Source of the DNA: Chlorokybus atmophyticus | Taxonomy: Eukaryota > Plantae > Mesostigma and Chlorokybus algae | Length of the DNA stretch: 64,000 nt | Direction of reading: 5' to 3' | NCBI GenBank assembly: GCA_009103225.1 | Contig: RHPI01002264.1 | Coordinates: forward strand, 204,576-268,575 | Part shown: piece by piece, positions 42,001 through 55,486 of the stretch | Numbering within the stretch: the first letter of the stretch is position 1 | Layout of the letters: each line of letters starts with the position of its first letter | The notes under the pieces: generated by a model | Seen by the model: the letters and a program-made list of their open reading frames with translations, nothing else | Databases searched by the model: none | Told to the model about the DNA's origin: nothing | Program-made: the position numbers and the translations under genes

Positions 42001-45000
42001 TCAGGTGACCTCATGTGGTTGTCGTATCGTGCCATGAGAGTTCTATCCTCCCGTAAACACGCCCGCGGAAGTTGTAACGTTGCCCCCAACATCAATGATG
42101 TAAAGAGGGTGCTGCTTACCCGCCCTCACGCTGAATGTGCACTTCAACCCCCTCTTTACGTGCACCACCAGTAACTCTAACGCATTGATGTGGTAACTCA
42201 CACCCCACGCAGGCGGGGAGGGATTGTTGCCATCCCTCTCCAATGTGACAACAATCGACGTGGTGTTCGATATCACCTCGGGGGGTATGGATATCATTGT
42301 TGTGTTAGAGTTGCCGATTCTGGTCTTTTTGGGTGGACCCGCGCACGCATTTTGTCAAAGCGAGGTCGAGAGAGAAGGTAAGGTTGGTTTGTGTCTTCCC
42401 CTCATGGAAGAGGACAATCGGCTTCCCCGCCGTAAAAGCCTCGAATTATGGTCATATTGCGAATGCAACAAAGCATGGTGCACCCGCCGCTCAATTGACT
42501 TCGTACTCGTTGGACGCCTTCAAAGACCGTGAGGTCTCGATATACGCCACATTCGAGATGTACTTGTGGGACATCCATAAGTTGGTATGCATGCACACAA
42601 CATGCACGATAGCACGCGCACGCACATATGCATGCGTAACCATGCAACAGACACACGCATGCGCACATGCGCAAATGCACAGATGCAGCACCCGTGCTTG
42701 CTTGATCAACACACCCAACAATGTTGACACACATGCTACTTACGAGCACGAGACGAGCGTGACAGAATCCGTGTTTGGCTTGCTATCGGGGCACACTTCC
42801 ACATCCGCAACCGCTTCAACACTACACTGCTCCCTGCTCTCAAGAAAATAGTTTGTTGCAAAACACTCCCCTCTCACATAACCGCCACAACCATATCGCT
42901 CACCATACTAACGTGCTTCACACCATCTTTGCAAAAACCAAACCCACCCACGCGCCGTCGTTCAGGACAGCCTCCAACCCAATGGTGACAATGTTGAGGT
43001 TGGTGATGGAGTTTAATAAAACAGTGGAGGTTGTAGCCGAGCGTGAGAGTCACGCAGTTGGTGAGGTTGGATCTCACCGCTGCGTGTGAGTGAGTGGGTG
43101 GGTGGGTGAGTGAGTGAGTCAGTGAGTGAGTGGGTGAACGAGTGCATGGGCGAAAAGTACACAAAGTCCACTTGGGGGGATGGTGGTGCCAACGGTGGTG
43201 GTGGCCCCCTTACCGGCTCCGCTATTACGACGTGTCCGATATCGGCCTTGAAGTCCTCACACCAGAGCGCTATCACGCTTGGATTGCCTTTCCAAGTCAG
43301 CCCACCTCAGAGCCCAATCGTGATGCTGCTACTGCAGTCGTGCGCCGCCATGAACTGGTGGGGGAGAAAGATGGTTGTTGTAGACATGGTGTGGTGTGAT
43401 GTGGTGGGGTGGGGTGTGTATCTGCTCGTCGCTGAGGCGGAAGCCCTTGCTCTTGAGGTCGCTCACGGACGGGGCGCCATACCAGTAGGCGGCGGGGCAG
43501 CACTATCGTAGCTGTGGTGGGGGTGGGGGTATGTGTGTACGCGCGTGTGCGTGTGTGTGCGTGCGTGTGCATGGGTGCATCACCGTTGTGTGTATCGTTG
43601 TTGCGGTTGTGTTTGACATCGTGCGCAAGTTGCGTGGAGCTGGGCGGTTGCATTTGTGGCAAAAGTGCAATGCACATAACAGACTGGCAGGCAACGTGCC
43701 ACCACCTGAGGCTGTCCACGCGGAATGTACAGTTGTCGACAAGGTTCACCACACCAGCAACCTAAACGACCACACAAGTGTGGACATATATTAGGCTCAT
43801 TGCGTCGATATACACAGTAGATGTCACCATGTTCCAGTAGCAACAGCCTGAGGCAACGCAGAGATCAACAAGATGCAGTGATGATGACACGCACATGCGC
43901 ATGCGCACACACACACACACACACATTATGGTAGTAACTGGTCAGTGCGGCATTGAAGCCAACGTAAGGGCTGTTCTGGCTGCCGTCGCAGGTTGTTGCT
44001 GATATCATCACATGGGCAAAACTGGCTTCAAAATCCTCGCACCAGAGCGATATCACCCTCAGGTCTCTGCCCCAACTCACTCCGTCCAACAGCCCAATCG
44101 TGATGCTGCCACTACCGTTATACGCAGTCATAACCTGTGAGGAAGGGAGAGTGTTGTAGACTTGGGGTTATAGTTGTGTGGCATTGTATTGTAATGTGTA
44201 CCTGCTCGTCGCTGAGGCGAAAGCCGTTGTTACAGAGGTCGCTCACGGATGGGGCGCCTTACTAATAGGTGGTGGGAAGGAACCGTCGTAATTGTAGTCG
44301 GTGGATGCGTGTGTGGGTGCGTGCATGCGTGCGTTCGCGCATGTGCTTGTGAATGCAGATGCGTGTGGGTGAGGGTGCATGTGGTATATTTGTGCCCGTG
44401 CTTGTGCCTGTGCCTACTCTCATGCTAACCGAACAGGAGGGCTTAGTCTCCTCGTATAAGCCTACATTCGGCCTTCCTCCCGGGCTACCAGCATCACAGT
44501 TCCCTTCCACCAGTCCGAATCTCCCGCGCAGCTGGCATTAGTCCGTCAACAGTTCCGCGACAGTCTTCATTGGTACCCCGCGTAGCTGATATGTTGGAGT
44601 TCCGACCCTACGCATGCGACTTCCTAGCCATCCATTTGAAGTCACGACCTCCTAGCCTTGCAATCCACTCAAGACCTCCGAACTTCCCACCAGGAGGTCC
44701 CTCGATCCTAGCTGATCCGTTGTGAGTCCACCACGCTGCCCGTGGACGGACTCGCTTTTTGCCCATTTAGACGAGACAGGTCAGTAATGAACATCTAAAG
44801 AATAGCCGTCATTAGACCGGTTAAGCTTGCTTGAACTAATGGCTCACATGTGTTCATATGATAGTATAAGTATAAGTAGATAGACTGGTGACTTGCATAC
44901 TTGGTGAAACTGTGAATGAGTGTAAGCGCATCGACTTGAGAAAGTGTGATAGCAGCTTATGTTGTAAAACCTAAAGTTTGCTATTGCATGCTGCGAGTGT

Positions 45001-46412
45001 CATGTTTTACAAGACTCGAAGACAACAAGTTGTGATGGGGTGCAACTGCACACAGCAAGTCGTCCGAGTTGCCAAGAAGCTTTTATACCTCTAAGGGAAT
45101 GCAGCATCTGCAGCGTGTGCACTGTTTCTCAGTGTATGTGAGCTTAGTTGCATTGTGGGCACTGTGTGGACAGCTACCATCCGTGTGTGGCATTACTTTG
45201 TTGCTGCATTCATTCACCTCATCTAACAGTTGACCCATTTTTCCTCACGCAAGGTTCTGTAGTTACAGCGCTACATCGAATAGTGGCTTGTAGACTCGCA
45301 GTTTCACCCACCTTTGCTCAAGGGAGTGCGTGTACACCAATGCTGCTTGCATCCTCGCAGTAGTGATTGTTCACACTGAGTGATAGCATCATTTGCTTGC
45401 ACATAGCGCAGCATCAGTCGCTAGTGTGTGAGGTGTTGTGCAAGTGGTTTACCAGTGGAGGATACACACTCTAGGCTGCATACACTCTCTCATTGTGCAT
45501 GTGCATGAGTGAGAACCCAGTCCTCACAAGCCCACCTGCTTAACTATGGTGGCTTTGTTCTGAGGGAACTGTATAAGAAGAGCCCTAGTGACCTCGTTGG
45601 CTGAACACCATCTTCAGCCTCATTATACCGAAGGCGTCCGAGCTACGGATCCCGTCCGTCATCAGCTCACACTTCCCGTCAGTCCACTCCTCGTTATTGT
45701 CTCCACGTCCACCACGCTGTTGACGACATTGACGACATGGAGTCCACTGGCAACACGGACGCGATGTACTTCTCTGGCCGTCCTAGCACCACCCCTCTAG
45801 ATGACTTCATTGTCACATTCGACTACAACATGTGCTCTCATGCATCCAAGCCCGGCCACTGATCAGATCAGATGTCCTTTCGTGTTGCTGCCCAATACGC
45901 TGAGCACGAAGCACAAAAAGTCTAGAGGTCTGTAGCCATTTACCACCGCATCGCTGGCTATATACATACTGTCACTGTCCCCTTGCCCCTGGCTGCTACT
46001 CCTGCACCCGTGTTTCAAGCTGCACCCCTGTCTTGACCCTGTTAGGTGACGCACTGGCAACCATTGCAGCTGATGCGGAAGCCAACCCACTTCTTGTCCA
46101 AGGGGACATGACCGCTGAAGAGTTCGTAAAGGCATCGCGAATACGCGCAGACAAGGTGCATATGCGTGCAATAAGGCTTCTGCGAAAGCGTAACTGCGCT
46201 GCTCCTGCTGCAGCCATTGCTGCTCCCCCTGCTCCTCCTGCCCCCCCCCTGCTGTTGGCAACCCTGCTGCTGCCTCGTCTGAGCCGATACGTGCCTCCAA
46301 TCAGACACTATTCCACGAGCCTGCGACCAACAGCATCTCTATGGGATCAGCCATCGTCGGCCGGCCATCCTTCACAGTGAGGGTGGACATGTTCGAGTCC
46401 GACTTCAAGACA

Positions 46413-49400
46413 TGTACGCTGTGGGGAATACAGCATGTTATGCAGTTTTTTCTACACGTATAACATATGACACTTATGTGCTATTGCCCAATCAGCTTAG
46501 CTAGCCTATTGTAACTTATTAGATTGACACTTGATAAGCTACCCACAAACTGCAATTGTATGTATAGACTGTAGGCAGTTAGGATGGCAAAAGTCTTGTC
46601 TGGCCTTTTATAGGATTTAGACTGAGCCCCCGGAGCCGATAGGCCACGGGTTATTCGGTTAATTCACTCTACAGTCATTTTGTTGGCGGTATAGCTCTGC
46701 TCTTACCACTGTGCCGTGCATGCTTGCATGCAGCATCTCTCATTATCAGGATATGGGCCCACATCTATGTGTGTAGAGCTAGCTACTGTGAGAGAGTGTT
46801 CCCCTCTGTGCGTGAGGTTGTTGAAGCTGATTGCTTGAGCTGAGAGGTGCAACGGACAAGCAAGAGTCCTTTGAGGTTTAGATGTGAAGTTTAGTCAGCA
46901 GGATAGTCAGCACAATGGCAACCACTCGATCAAAAATGGAGAAGATTACCATTAAACCTCAGCACGAGGACAACCATTCTAGCTGGGGCGAGATGAAGAT
47001 GATGCTCATCTATGAGGAGCTGTGGGACTACATTAATCCCTAGGGGAGTACGCCAATGGTAACGCGTCTGCATGGATGCGAAGCAGTTTGCGTGCTTTGG
47101 CTTTAATGAGCACACACATTAAGCCATTTCGTACGCGACTAATACAGATGCATTTAAATGCCAAGCATGCATGGGAAGCTTAAAAAGAAATATTCTCTAC
47201 ATGCTCTGTTGGTCGTAAGATTGAACTCATACAACCGTTCAACGATCTGCAAAAGCTTACTAGTGAGTTAGTCATAGACTAATTCGGACGTGCACGGAAG
47301 CTCAGCATTGATTTGACCTCTATAGGGGATTCAGTCTTAGATGATCACATGTACTTGAATGTGTCGTCTGGGTTGCCACGAGGGTATGAGAATGTCGCGA
47401 TGATGCTGGAGGTAGTCAGTACCATTCAGCAGTTGACATCAAAGAGATTCTGCCAATGCTGAAGACAAAACCAAGGTTCAAGGGCAACGAGATTGATGGG
47501 GAGTCCAGTGCATTCGCTGCTTGAGCGCAGTCGTTTGAAGGAGCTGGCACTAGCGGCAACAACAATGTTAACAAGGGTGGAAACTTGAACAAGCAAAAAG
47601 CCTCTCATTGGGAAGTGCTTTCATCGCAACCAAGTTGGGCACCGCAAGAGTGACTGCCAGCAGCTGAAGGCAGCAAAGGCCAATTAAGGTGGTGCAGTTG
47701 CCTTCACAACATCCACAGTGTTCAGACGTCATCTTGCGTGGGTGTTCGATTCTGATGGTCTACAGCATACGAGTCCTGACGCTAGGTATTGGGCTACTCA
47801 ACTACAAGATTCAACTCAGCGGAGTGTGGAGATTCTGGGTGAACAGTCGATGGTAGCGGGTACAAGCCGATCAATGCTCCAATGTACGACATAAGAAGGT
47901 GTGTACACGGTGAAGCTAAAGGAGGTTCTTCATGTTCCCCGTGCACAGGCTAGCCTCTTCTCCATTCAGATCGCATTGAAGGCTGGAACTAATTTGTCAG
48001 GGAAAGGAGCAGAGCTTTGTCTCAAGGTTGATGGCATGGTCTGCCTCATCGCGTGAGAATAGCAAGGTGGTCTCTATCCAATGGAAGAAGCTAAGACCAA
48101 TAAGGCACTGGTGGCAATAGTCCCTAAGTCAGCTGAACAATTGATTCAAAGGTTGGGACATCTTGACTATGACAACTTACATCGCTTGGTAGCAAAAGAT
48201 TGGTAGCAGATGATCTGGTCGATGGCATCAATGCGAGCAAGCTGCAAATCAAGCAGGCCGAGGGGGTGCTGTGCGAGCCATGTGTTGTCCAAGATGCGTT
48301 GGCAATCTTTTCAGATGTTTGAGAATGTCAGTGAGCATGTTGGGCGGTTGGTACACATATGTGTGTGTTCCGTTACCACAGCCATCGAAGGGGGGAGCAT
48401 CCTATATAGTCGCCTTCCTTAATGACTTCTCCAAGCTGTCATTCATGCATTATGTGAAGCTCAAGTCAGATGTTCTAGCTGTGGTCAAGGAGGTGGTGTT
48501 GTGGTTGAAGAATGTGTCTGGCAAAGCTTTGAAGACAGTCAGAGGTGGCAGAGGAGGGGAGTATTTGAATTAAGAGTTGTCTACAATGTGGTCTTCTCAA
48601 GGCATTGTGCATTGGACAACAGCGCCATATAGTCCACAGTAAAACGGAGCAGCGGAGCGGCTCAATCTGACTTTTATTGAGAGGGTGAGAGCCATGCTAA
48701 GTGATGCAAAGTACAAGTATTGCTGCTGGGCAGAGGCGATTAATGGCCAATTGCACAAGAAAACGGATTGCCAGTGCGTACTCAAGCAAAGACCCTGTGG
48801 GAGCTGTTTGTTGAAAAGGATAAAAAAGTAAGCAACATGAGGGTGTTTGGCTTCACTGCATACGTGTTGACACAAACGAAGCAAATGAAAAAGCTGGAGC
48901 CGGTGAGCAAGAACGGCATTTTCCTTAGCTATGAGCCCGACTCTAAGGCCCACGAAGATTTGCTGGAGGATATCCTCCAGCACACACAATCTTGCGAGTA
49001 TCGATACTCGCAAGATTGTGATCAGCAAAGAAGTTGTCTTCCATAAAGCCGTGGGAGTACAGCAGCTGCAAGAGATCAGTGACAGTGACTGAACAGATGA
49101 AGAGATTAGCTTTACTAGTGATTAAAATCAGCAAGAGTTAAGCATTGCTTAGTATTTCGAAAAGGGAGCTCAGACCTGAAAGCAGGAGCAACGCCGCACG
49201 CAAAGATGAAGGAAGTTATCAGCAGTAGCGAAATCAATAGCAAAGCAGTCGGCACTTTTTTGGGCATGTAAGGAAGGGTTATATACGCTACCACAAGGAT
49301 TTTGGTCTTCTTTCGGGCTCAGATTCATAGAGTGTGGAGTCAGTACGTATGAAGAAGCACTCCAGAGGATTGATGTAGACAACTGGCGTCAGGGAATGAA

Positions 49401-50785
49401 TGAGGAGATTGCCTAGGGGCTGGAAGAGAGGATTTACATTTAGCAGGGGTATTAGGCGGGGCCACCTGGTATAGCATGCGGATTGATAAAGGCATTGTAT
49501 GGGCTGAAGCAGGCACCACGGGTGTGGCATGGAAGACTATGCCAGGAGCTTCAAGGCAGGGGTTTAGAGCAAATTTCACGGATCCAGGTCTGTTCTACCA
49601 CGAGAGCAAGCAAGTGTGGCTATTGGTGTATGTGGACGACATTCTGCAGCGTCTGAAACGTAAGGGGTGCAGCGAGTGACAACTCCGCTGCAGGATGTTG
49701 GAGTGCAGAGACTTGAGTGAGATATTATACTTCTTATGTATGGTTGTCACTAGAAACAGAGCTGCTGACACTATTACCATCACGCAAGAGCAGGTGCACC
49801 ACGTGGTAAGGCAGCTGGTGACAAAGTTTGGTATCGATAATGCCAATGTTAGAGAGGTGCCATTGAGCGTGGGAGTTCAGTTGGTGAGAGCACTAGGGCC
49901 TACCCCTGCTGCGAGCTTGTGGGGAGCCTACTCTACAGCGTTTTGACCTGACATTGCACATGCTGTGGGACAGTTGGCAAGGTACAGATCTGTTTCATCA
50001 ATGCAGCATTGATGAAGCAGCAAAAGGTGTACTGCGCTACTTATTAAAGGTGACAACAGTTGGGATCCAGTATGGACCGGGCAATCATGCATTACAACGT
50101 TATTGTGATGCAGATTATGCAGCATTGACTAGCAGCAAAAGGTGTACTGCGCTACTTGTTAAGGGTGACAACAGTTGGGATCTTTGGGATCGGGCAATCA
50201 TGCATTGCAACATTATTGTGATGCAGATTATGCAGCATTGATTAGCAGCAAAAGGTGTACTGCGCTACTTGTTAAAGGTGACAACAGCTGGGATCAAGTA
50301 TGGACCGGGCAATCATGCGTTGCAACGTCATTGTGATGCAGATTATGCTGGTGACCCCGTTACCAGAAGGTCAACCACTTGGTATGTCTTCAAGCTGAAT
50401 GGTGGAGTGATTAGCTGGAAAAGCAAGCTGCAACTAACAGCGGCAACATCCACCAAAGCAGAGTATATGGCATTTGCGGGTGCAGGAAAAGAGGCATTGT
50501 AGCTAAAGAAGCTGCTAGGAAACCTCGGCATCCATGTGGAAGCGTGGAGATGTACTATGACAACCAAGAAGCAATAAAGCTGCGGAAGAATTCCATCCTC
50601 TCGGCCTAGAGCAAGCACATTAATGTGCACCATCACTTTGTAAGAGACAAAGTGACGAGAAAGGCGATCGAGGTTGCCTACTGTAGTCCAGAAAAGATGT
50701 TGGCAGACTTCATGAGCCAAGGCACTGCATGTGAAGTTCAAGACATGTTGTGAAGGACTATGTATCTGGGCAGCTAAGATGAAGA
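46413..50785 (+). mobile_element. Decayed Ty1/Copia retrotransposon nested in the gag of the outer element; 3' LTR missing
   Basis: Putative 5' LTR ends CA at 46748, followed by PBS-like GGATATGGGCCCA. gag, degenerate knuckle (CFHRNQVGHRKSDC), protease WVFDS, RLGHLDY, integrase (FLNDFSK..KTVRGGRGGEYL; TAPYSPQ*NGAAERLN), RT (LLVYVDDIL), RNase H (CDADYAGDPVTRRSTT..ISWKSKLQ..STKAEY; YDNQEA; HINVHHHFVRD). Order IN-RT-RH is Copia. Confidence 0.92.
50002..50348. repeat. Triplicated ~115-bp segment at the Copia RT/RNase H junction
   Basis: Three units start TGCAGCATTGA at 50002, 50118 and 50231, each encoding AAKGVLRYLLKVTT.GI.YGPGNHALQR.CDADYA. Confidence 0.9.
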
Positions 50786-53700
50786 CATTGAAGTTAAGAC
50801 CGGTGAGGACCCTCTGCGCATGTACATGCACCTGACTCACCTGCTGAGAGACGGGAACTATTGCATTATCAGCGACGAAGTTGCTGCTTTCCTAACTGTC
50901 AGCCAGTTGGAACACCCGCAAAGTGACTGCATAAGCCTGATCGTGAACAACACGCCGCTACACAGCTACTCTCTGCCTTTGGCTTTTAAGGTGGCATTTG
51001 CGCTGTACGAATGGCGTGTGTGGGAGGAAGGCCATCCTGGACAAAAACAACATCAGTTCACGCGCACCTGCTCTCGCGCTTAAGTCAAATTAAAAAGACT
51101 GGACTCGTAGCAATCCTGACCACGTCACAGGCGCACCAAAGACAGCTCAAGCTGCACTCCCTGCTCCTGTTTTGTGCCATTGCTGCGGGCGCCACGAATT
51201 TTAATAAAAGGAGTATATGGTCGACTACGACACCATGATGTGTGACCACTGCCAGAAGACGGGACATCTAGAGGCGGTGTGTTACGCCAAGCACCTTGAC
51301 TTGAGGCTAGCCGGTGGCTACACTACAACGGCATCAACAACAACAACACTAGCAACATCACTGGCCCGCACCAAGACAATGCCAATGGCTATCGTGGGAC
51401 GGCCTCTCACAACACACAAAAAAAAAAAATGGGTGGGCACGCGCCGCTGGTGCCGCACAAAAGGCACCAACTATAGAAACACCTGAGGTAGTGGCAGCTC
51501 TCATCGCATGGGTGGACGAGCTCATTGCTCAATTGGGAAGGCAAGACGATGACTATAAGGCCTGCTACCTTGTCTTTTGTCACGCTGGCATGGCAACCAA
51601 GTGTAATCAGGACTCACCCTCACCGCCACGGGAACGCTCACCGCGTGGACAAGAGGCACAACGTCTCACACTTGCAGCCGCAAAGCAGGCTTCAGTTACG
51701 GCATCATACACCCGGAGCAGGCAGCGGAGGCTTCCACGCCGACCGCACAAGATGCACCCAGACCGTTTTGTGGAGGCCGCGCACAACAACGGGCACTTAC
51801 ATGGGCTGCTATTGCTGCCGCCGCCCGACAGGACACCGCTGCTGTCGAAGCAGCGCAAATAGCACCACCGGGGCCGCCTCCGCCGCTGACACAAATCACT
51901 CCAGCTGCACATCTGGCAGCTGCGGGTCTTAATACTGACGTCGCCGCTCGCGAAGCTCCAAAGAATGAGATCCTCGACGGCATTGGCCCCATACCACAAG
52001 AGTGCCATGAGCTGCCGCATCGGCATCACAGCTTGCAAGTGGCGCCACTGGCCTTTACCATGTTCTGGGGGCTATGTAAACGCGAAACGCTCGCACCGCC
52101 CCTCCACCATACCAAGCCAAAATCTCGGGACAGGACCCCTCTCCGCTTGGCCCGCTGAACACGAACGATACTATGCGCATCTCGGCCGTTGCCGCGCTCT
52201 TTGACAACGTCAAACTTCGGACCCTGACACGGTCCAATTTCACCATGCGTTTTGTGGCCTTAGCCCAAGTACACACATGGGCAGTGGTGCAGCGACCGGG
52301 CCAATAGCAGGGGCCACCTGCCATGCATCCCCCTGCACCAGCAAGGACACCTCTCGAAGCTGCACATGAGGCCTCACAAAGCCGCGAGTAATTGCGACTG
52401 TTGCTAATATGGCCACCACAGCAGCGCTGTCCTGGGCTGGGCTACCTGACATCAGAAGGATACCATCATCACTTGGGCGCGGGCCTGGCAGAGGACCAGC
52501 GCATCTGCATACAGGGAATGCAGGACCTGAACCTCAACACCGGCTTCATCACACGGCGTCTCCGCGACCTGCTGAGACGCCATCCTATGAGTCGAGTACA
52601 AGAACAAGTCTTAAATTGGATGGTGCACAACCACCCCGCCGTGCCCATATCGGCATTTGCTACTCAGCGGGAATGGTTGAGTGCCTTCCAACGGTCTATG
52701 ATGCAAGCCTTCCACAAGGAAGGGGGCCGCGCGCTGATCAACTCCACCAACGTAGCTGATGTTCTCCCTTGGATGCCAGCAGCTGAAGCAACCAAACAGC
52801 ATGACCGCATTCGCATCTTCTACGATGCGAATGCGGCATGTTCTTCAGCATCGGGAACCAACTACCACCCTTCCCACAAGCGCTAGGACAGTAGTGGAGA
52901 GGGGAATCATGCGTGGTCATTGGGATCGCCATGTTGCAGAGATACTGCGCGTACCCACTCTCACCCACACCCTCAGGCGCAAGCTGATCACGACCCTTTA
53001 TTTGCTGCCAATGCCCCGTGTGGATGAATGCAATGACCTCGATCACAAGCCCTCGGCCACATGGGAAACCACGCTAGGCACGGAGGCAGTACAGGCAGGG
53101 CGGTGCTTTCTATTCGAAACATTCCGGCCGAGCAACTTCTTGCAGCATCCCAACGATGAACCAGGGCCAATAACGTAAACACCGGGCTACAAAACTTCTA
53201 CCGCCACGCCTAGAACCATCGCGACTCGAGACTCATGTGTGCGCCTGAACCTTCTCCATTGAGGTCCGCGCCTGGACTTCTCTCAACTAGAACCTTCTCG
53301 CGCCTATTCCTATCCATAGGGCAAGCTGATTGGATACAAAAATACCTTCAACAGAAGGCTCGCGCCGCCTTCTTCAACCTAGTCCCAATGCCCACGAGCA
53401 ACCTGCGCATCGCTCGACACCGCGACACATTTCGCTACGAACGCGTCCGCAGCGGCTTCTATTCATCCATCCATCGCGTCATCCACATAGTCCTGAAAGT
53501 ATATCCCCTCCGGAGTCTTTAACCTCCTTGGCAACAACGGCAAGCGTTCCAAGGACAACATCACCAATTGCACGCTCTGTCACCTTCCACAAGGCAGGCT
53601 TTAACATAATCCGTCATCCACGCCCCCTCCGCAGCAAAGGATGTGAGCCGTGCGGCAGTGCTGATGACGACTCCCTCATAATGCTGTGCGACAAATGCAA

Positions 53701-55486
53701 CAACGGCATGCACTGCTACCTGCCTAGACCCTCCTTTTTCAAAGGTCCCCTTCGAAGCCTATTGATGCGACGACGGCCGCACCCACGAACCACCAAACTC
53801 CCAATCAGAGTGAGGCCTGTTGCAGGGACTTCCATAGGCCTTAAGGGGGGGGGGGGGGCTTGTTGACTTGCAGCTATCCGTCGCTGAGTATCATGACTCC
53901 CCGCGTGCTACCGCATCCATGTCATCATAGTCACCCTTTCCACTGCACACTTCCAGCCACGGGGTACTCTTTTGCCTTTACCCATGACTACAGCAGCACG
54001 TAGACCATCGCTACACTGCTTCCAAAGCCACGGCATCGTTTCTTGAATGCTGTTCGAGACAGTTCAGCGCTCGACCCCGGGCAACCCGACACTGTGCGTG
54101 CGAGTGTCCGTGTGCACATGTGTGGATACATGCGTATGCGTGTGGCATTGCTGCAGTTGTGAGTGAGTAACGCTTTGCACGCGTTGCCTCATGCTGCAAG
54201 GGCGCATGTATCGGTTGGAAGGCAACTACCTGAAGCCGTCCACCCGGACTGTGCAGTTGTCGACAATGTTACGACACTAGCCACCTGAACGACCATGAGA
54301 AAGTGAACAGATGTCATAACAACCGCTGAAATTCGCAAGCATGCAATGCAACGGTACACAAGGTCTGATTATCACACACGCCCACGCCCACGCACATTGT
54401 GGTCGTACTCGATCAGGGCGTTGGAGAAGCCGATACAAGGGATGTTTTGGCTGCCGCCGCAGATCACGACGACATTACGACGTCGGCAAAACCCGCAAAT
54501 CTTCGAACCATAGCGATAATACTGCAAGGTCTCCGCCCCAACTCAGCCCGTCGGCAAGCGCGATGGTGATGCTGCCGCTACCATCATATGCCGTCATGAA
54601 CTATCGGGTGGGACGAGCAAGTTGGGATGCGTTGTGTGGTGTGGTGTGGTTGTGTTGTAATTGTGGTATGTATGTAGGTATGTATGTACCTGCTCCTCGC
54701 TGAGGCGGAAGCCCTTGCTGTTGAGGTCGCTTACGCACAGGGTGCCATACCAATAGGCGGCAGGGGCTGCAACGTCGTAACTGTGGAATGTGGGATGTGT
54801 GGGTGTGTGTGGGTGAGCATGTGGGCGTGCTTGTGCCTGTGCCTGTATCTGTGCGTGTGCATGCGCATGCATGGGGATGTGCGTGTGGCATTGCTATAGT
54901 TGTGTGTGGCGCTGTGCACATAAGCTGTGTCATGCTGCATGGACAGGTTGCATCTGTGGCAGATGCAGTGCACCGAACACACCGGGAGGCAAGTACCTGA
55001 AGCTTTCCACGCAAAATGTGCAGTCATTGACGATAGTGAACACACCAGCCACCTAAATGACCGCACGAGAGTTGAACATGTTACACTCAATGCGTTAATG
55101 TACACATGCGTATGTCAACTCTGTTGTACAGTAGATGTTACCCTGAAATAGTAGCAACATGCATGCAATGCAACGCCATACAACATACAGTGATAATAAC
55201 ACGCAGACACGCACGCACATCGTGGTCATATCTGGTCGGGGCGACGGAGAAGCCCGCGTAAAGGCTGTTCTGGCTGCCATTGCAGGCCGCTAACGTCGGC
55301 ACGGGCATGAGCGATGACACCACCGCCATCATTGTTAACAAGGTTGCGCTTCATGGCAGCCTCGCCCACGCCTTCATCATGGCAATCAATTGGTGCCCAG
55401 CTTACAAATGCGCAGCCTGTAGAATTGTACTCCACTTATGGTGTACTACCACCACCTCCACCAACGCCACCGGCTATGCAAAGGCC

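Larger units (their letters stand above)
44423..54015 (+). mobile_element. Degenerate LTR-like retroelement (gag with zinc knuckle, unidentified ORF, PHD finger, G14 PPT, putative 3' LTR); no RT recognised
   Basis: gag-like reading frames at ~45740-46410 and 50785-51300 with CDHCQKTGHLEAVC (51241-51282). PHD CEPCGSADDDSLIMLCDKCNNGMHCY(C)LDPP at 53642-53750. G14 at 53845-53858 is followed by TG (53861)..CA (54015). The 5' boundary and 5' LTR were not confirmed. Confidence 0.55.
40300..55300 (-). pseudogene. DM13(x3)-DOMON(x2)-cytochrome b561 protein (At5g54830-like architecture), pseudogenised and split by a ~9.6-kb retroelement block
   Basis: Three repeated DM13 exon sets (VAGV..IVDNCTFRV..FR | YD..APAAYWYG...DL..KGFRLSDEQ | AYNGSGSITI.L.DG.SW..DL.VISLWCEDF.A.FGHV). 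DOMON segments NCVTLTLGYNLH..IGLEA..WVGFG and WGVSYHIN..VKRG..FSVRAGKQHPLYI, VWAGFGLARNAGSMPGS. Cyt b561 HGIGMV..IIIARHIR..FHLHRVVQSVGY..H. Multiple stops and frameshifts. Confidence 0.82.

Noticed and set aside
44423-44800. Candidate 5' LTR for the gag-PHD element
   Set aside because: Only weak short similarity to 53861-54015 and no matching TSD, so it was not called as an LTR pair.
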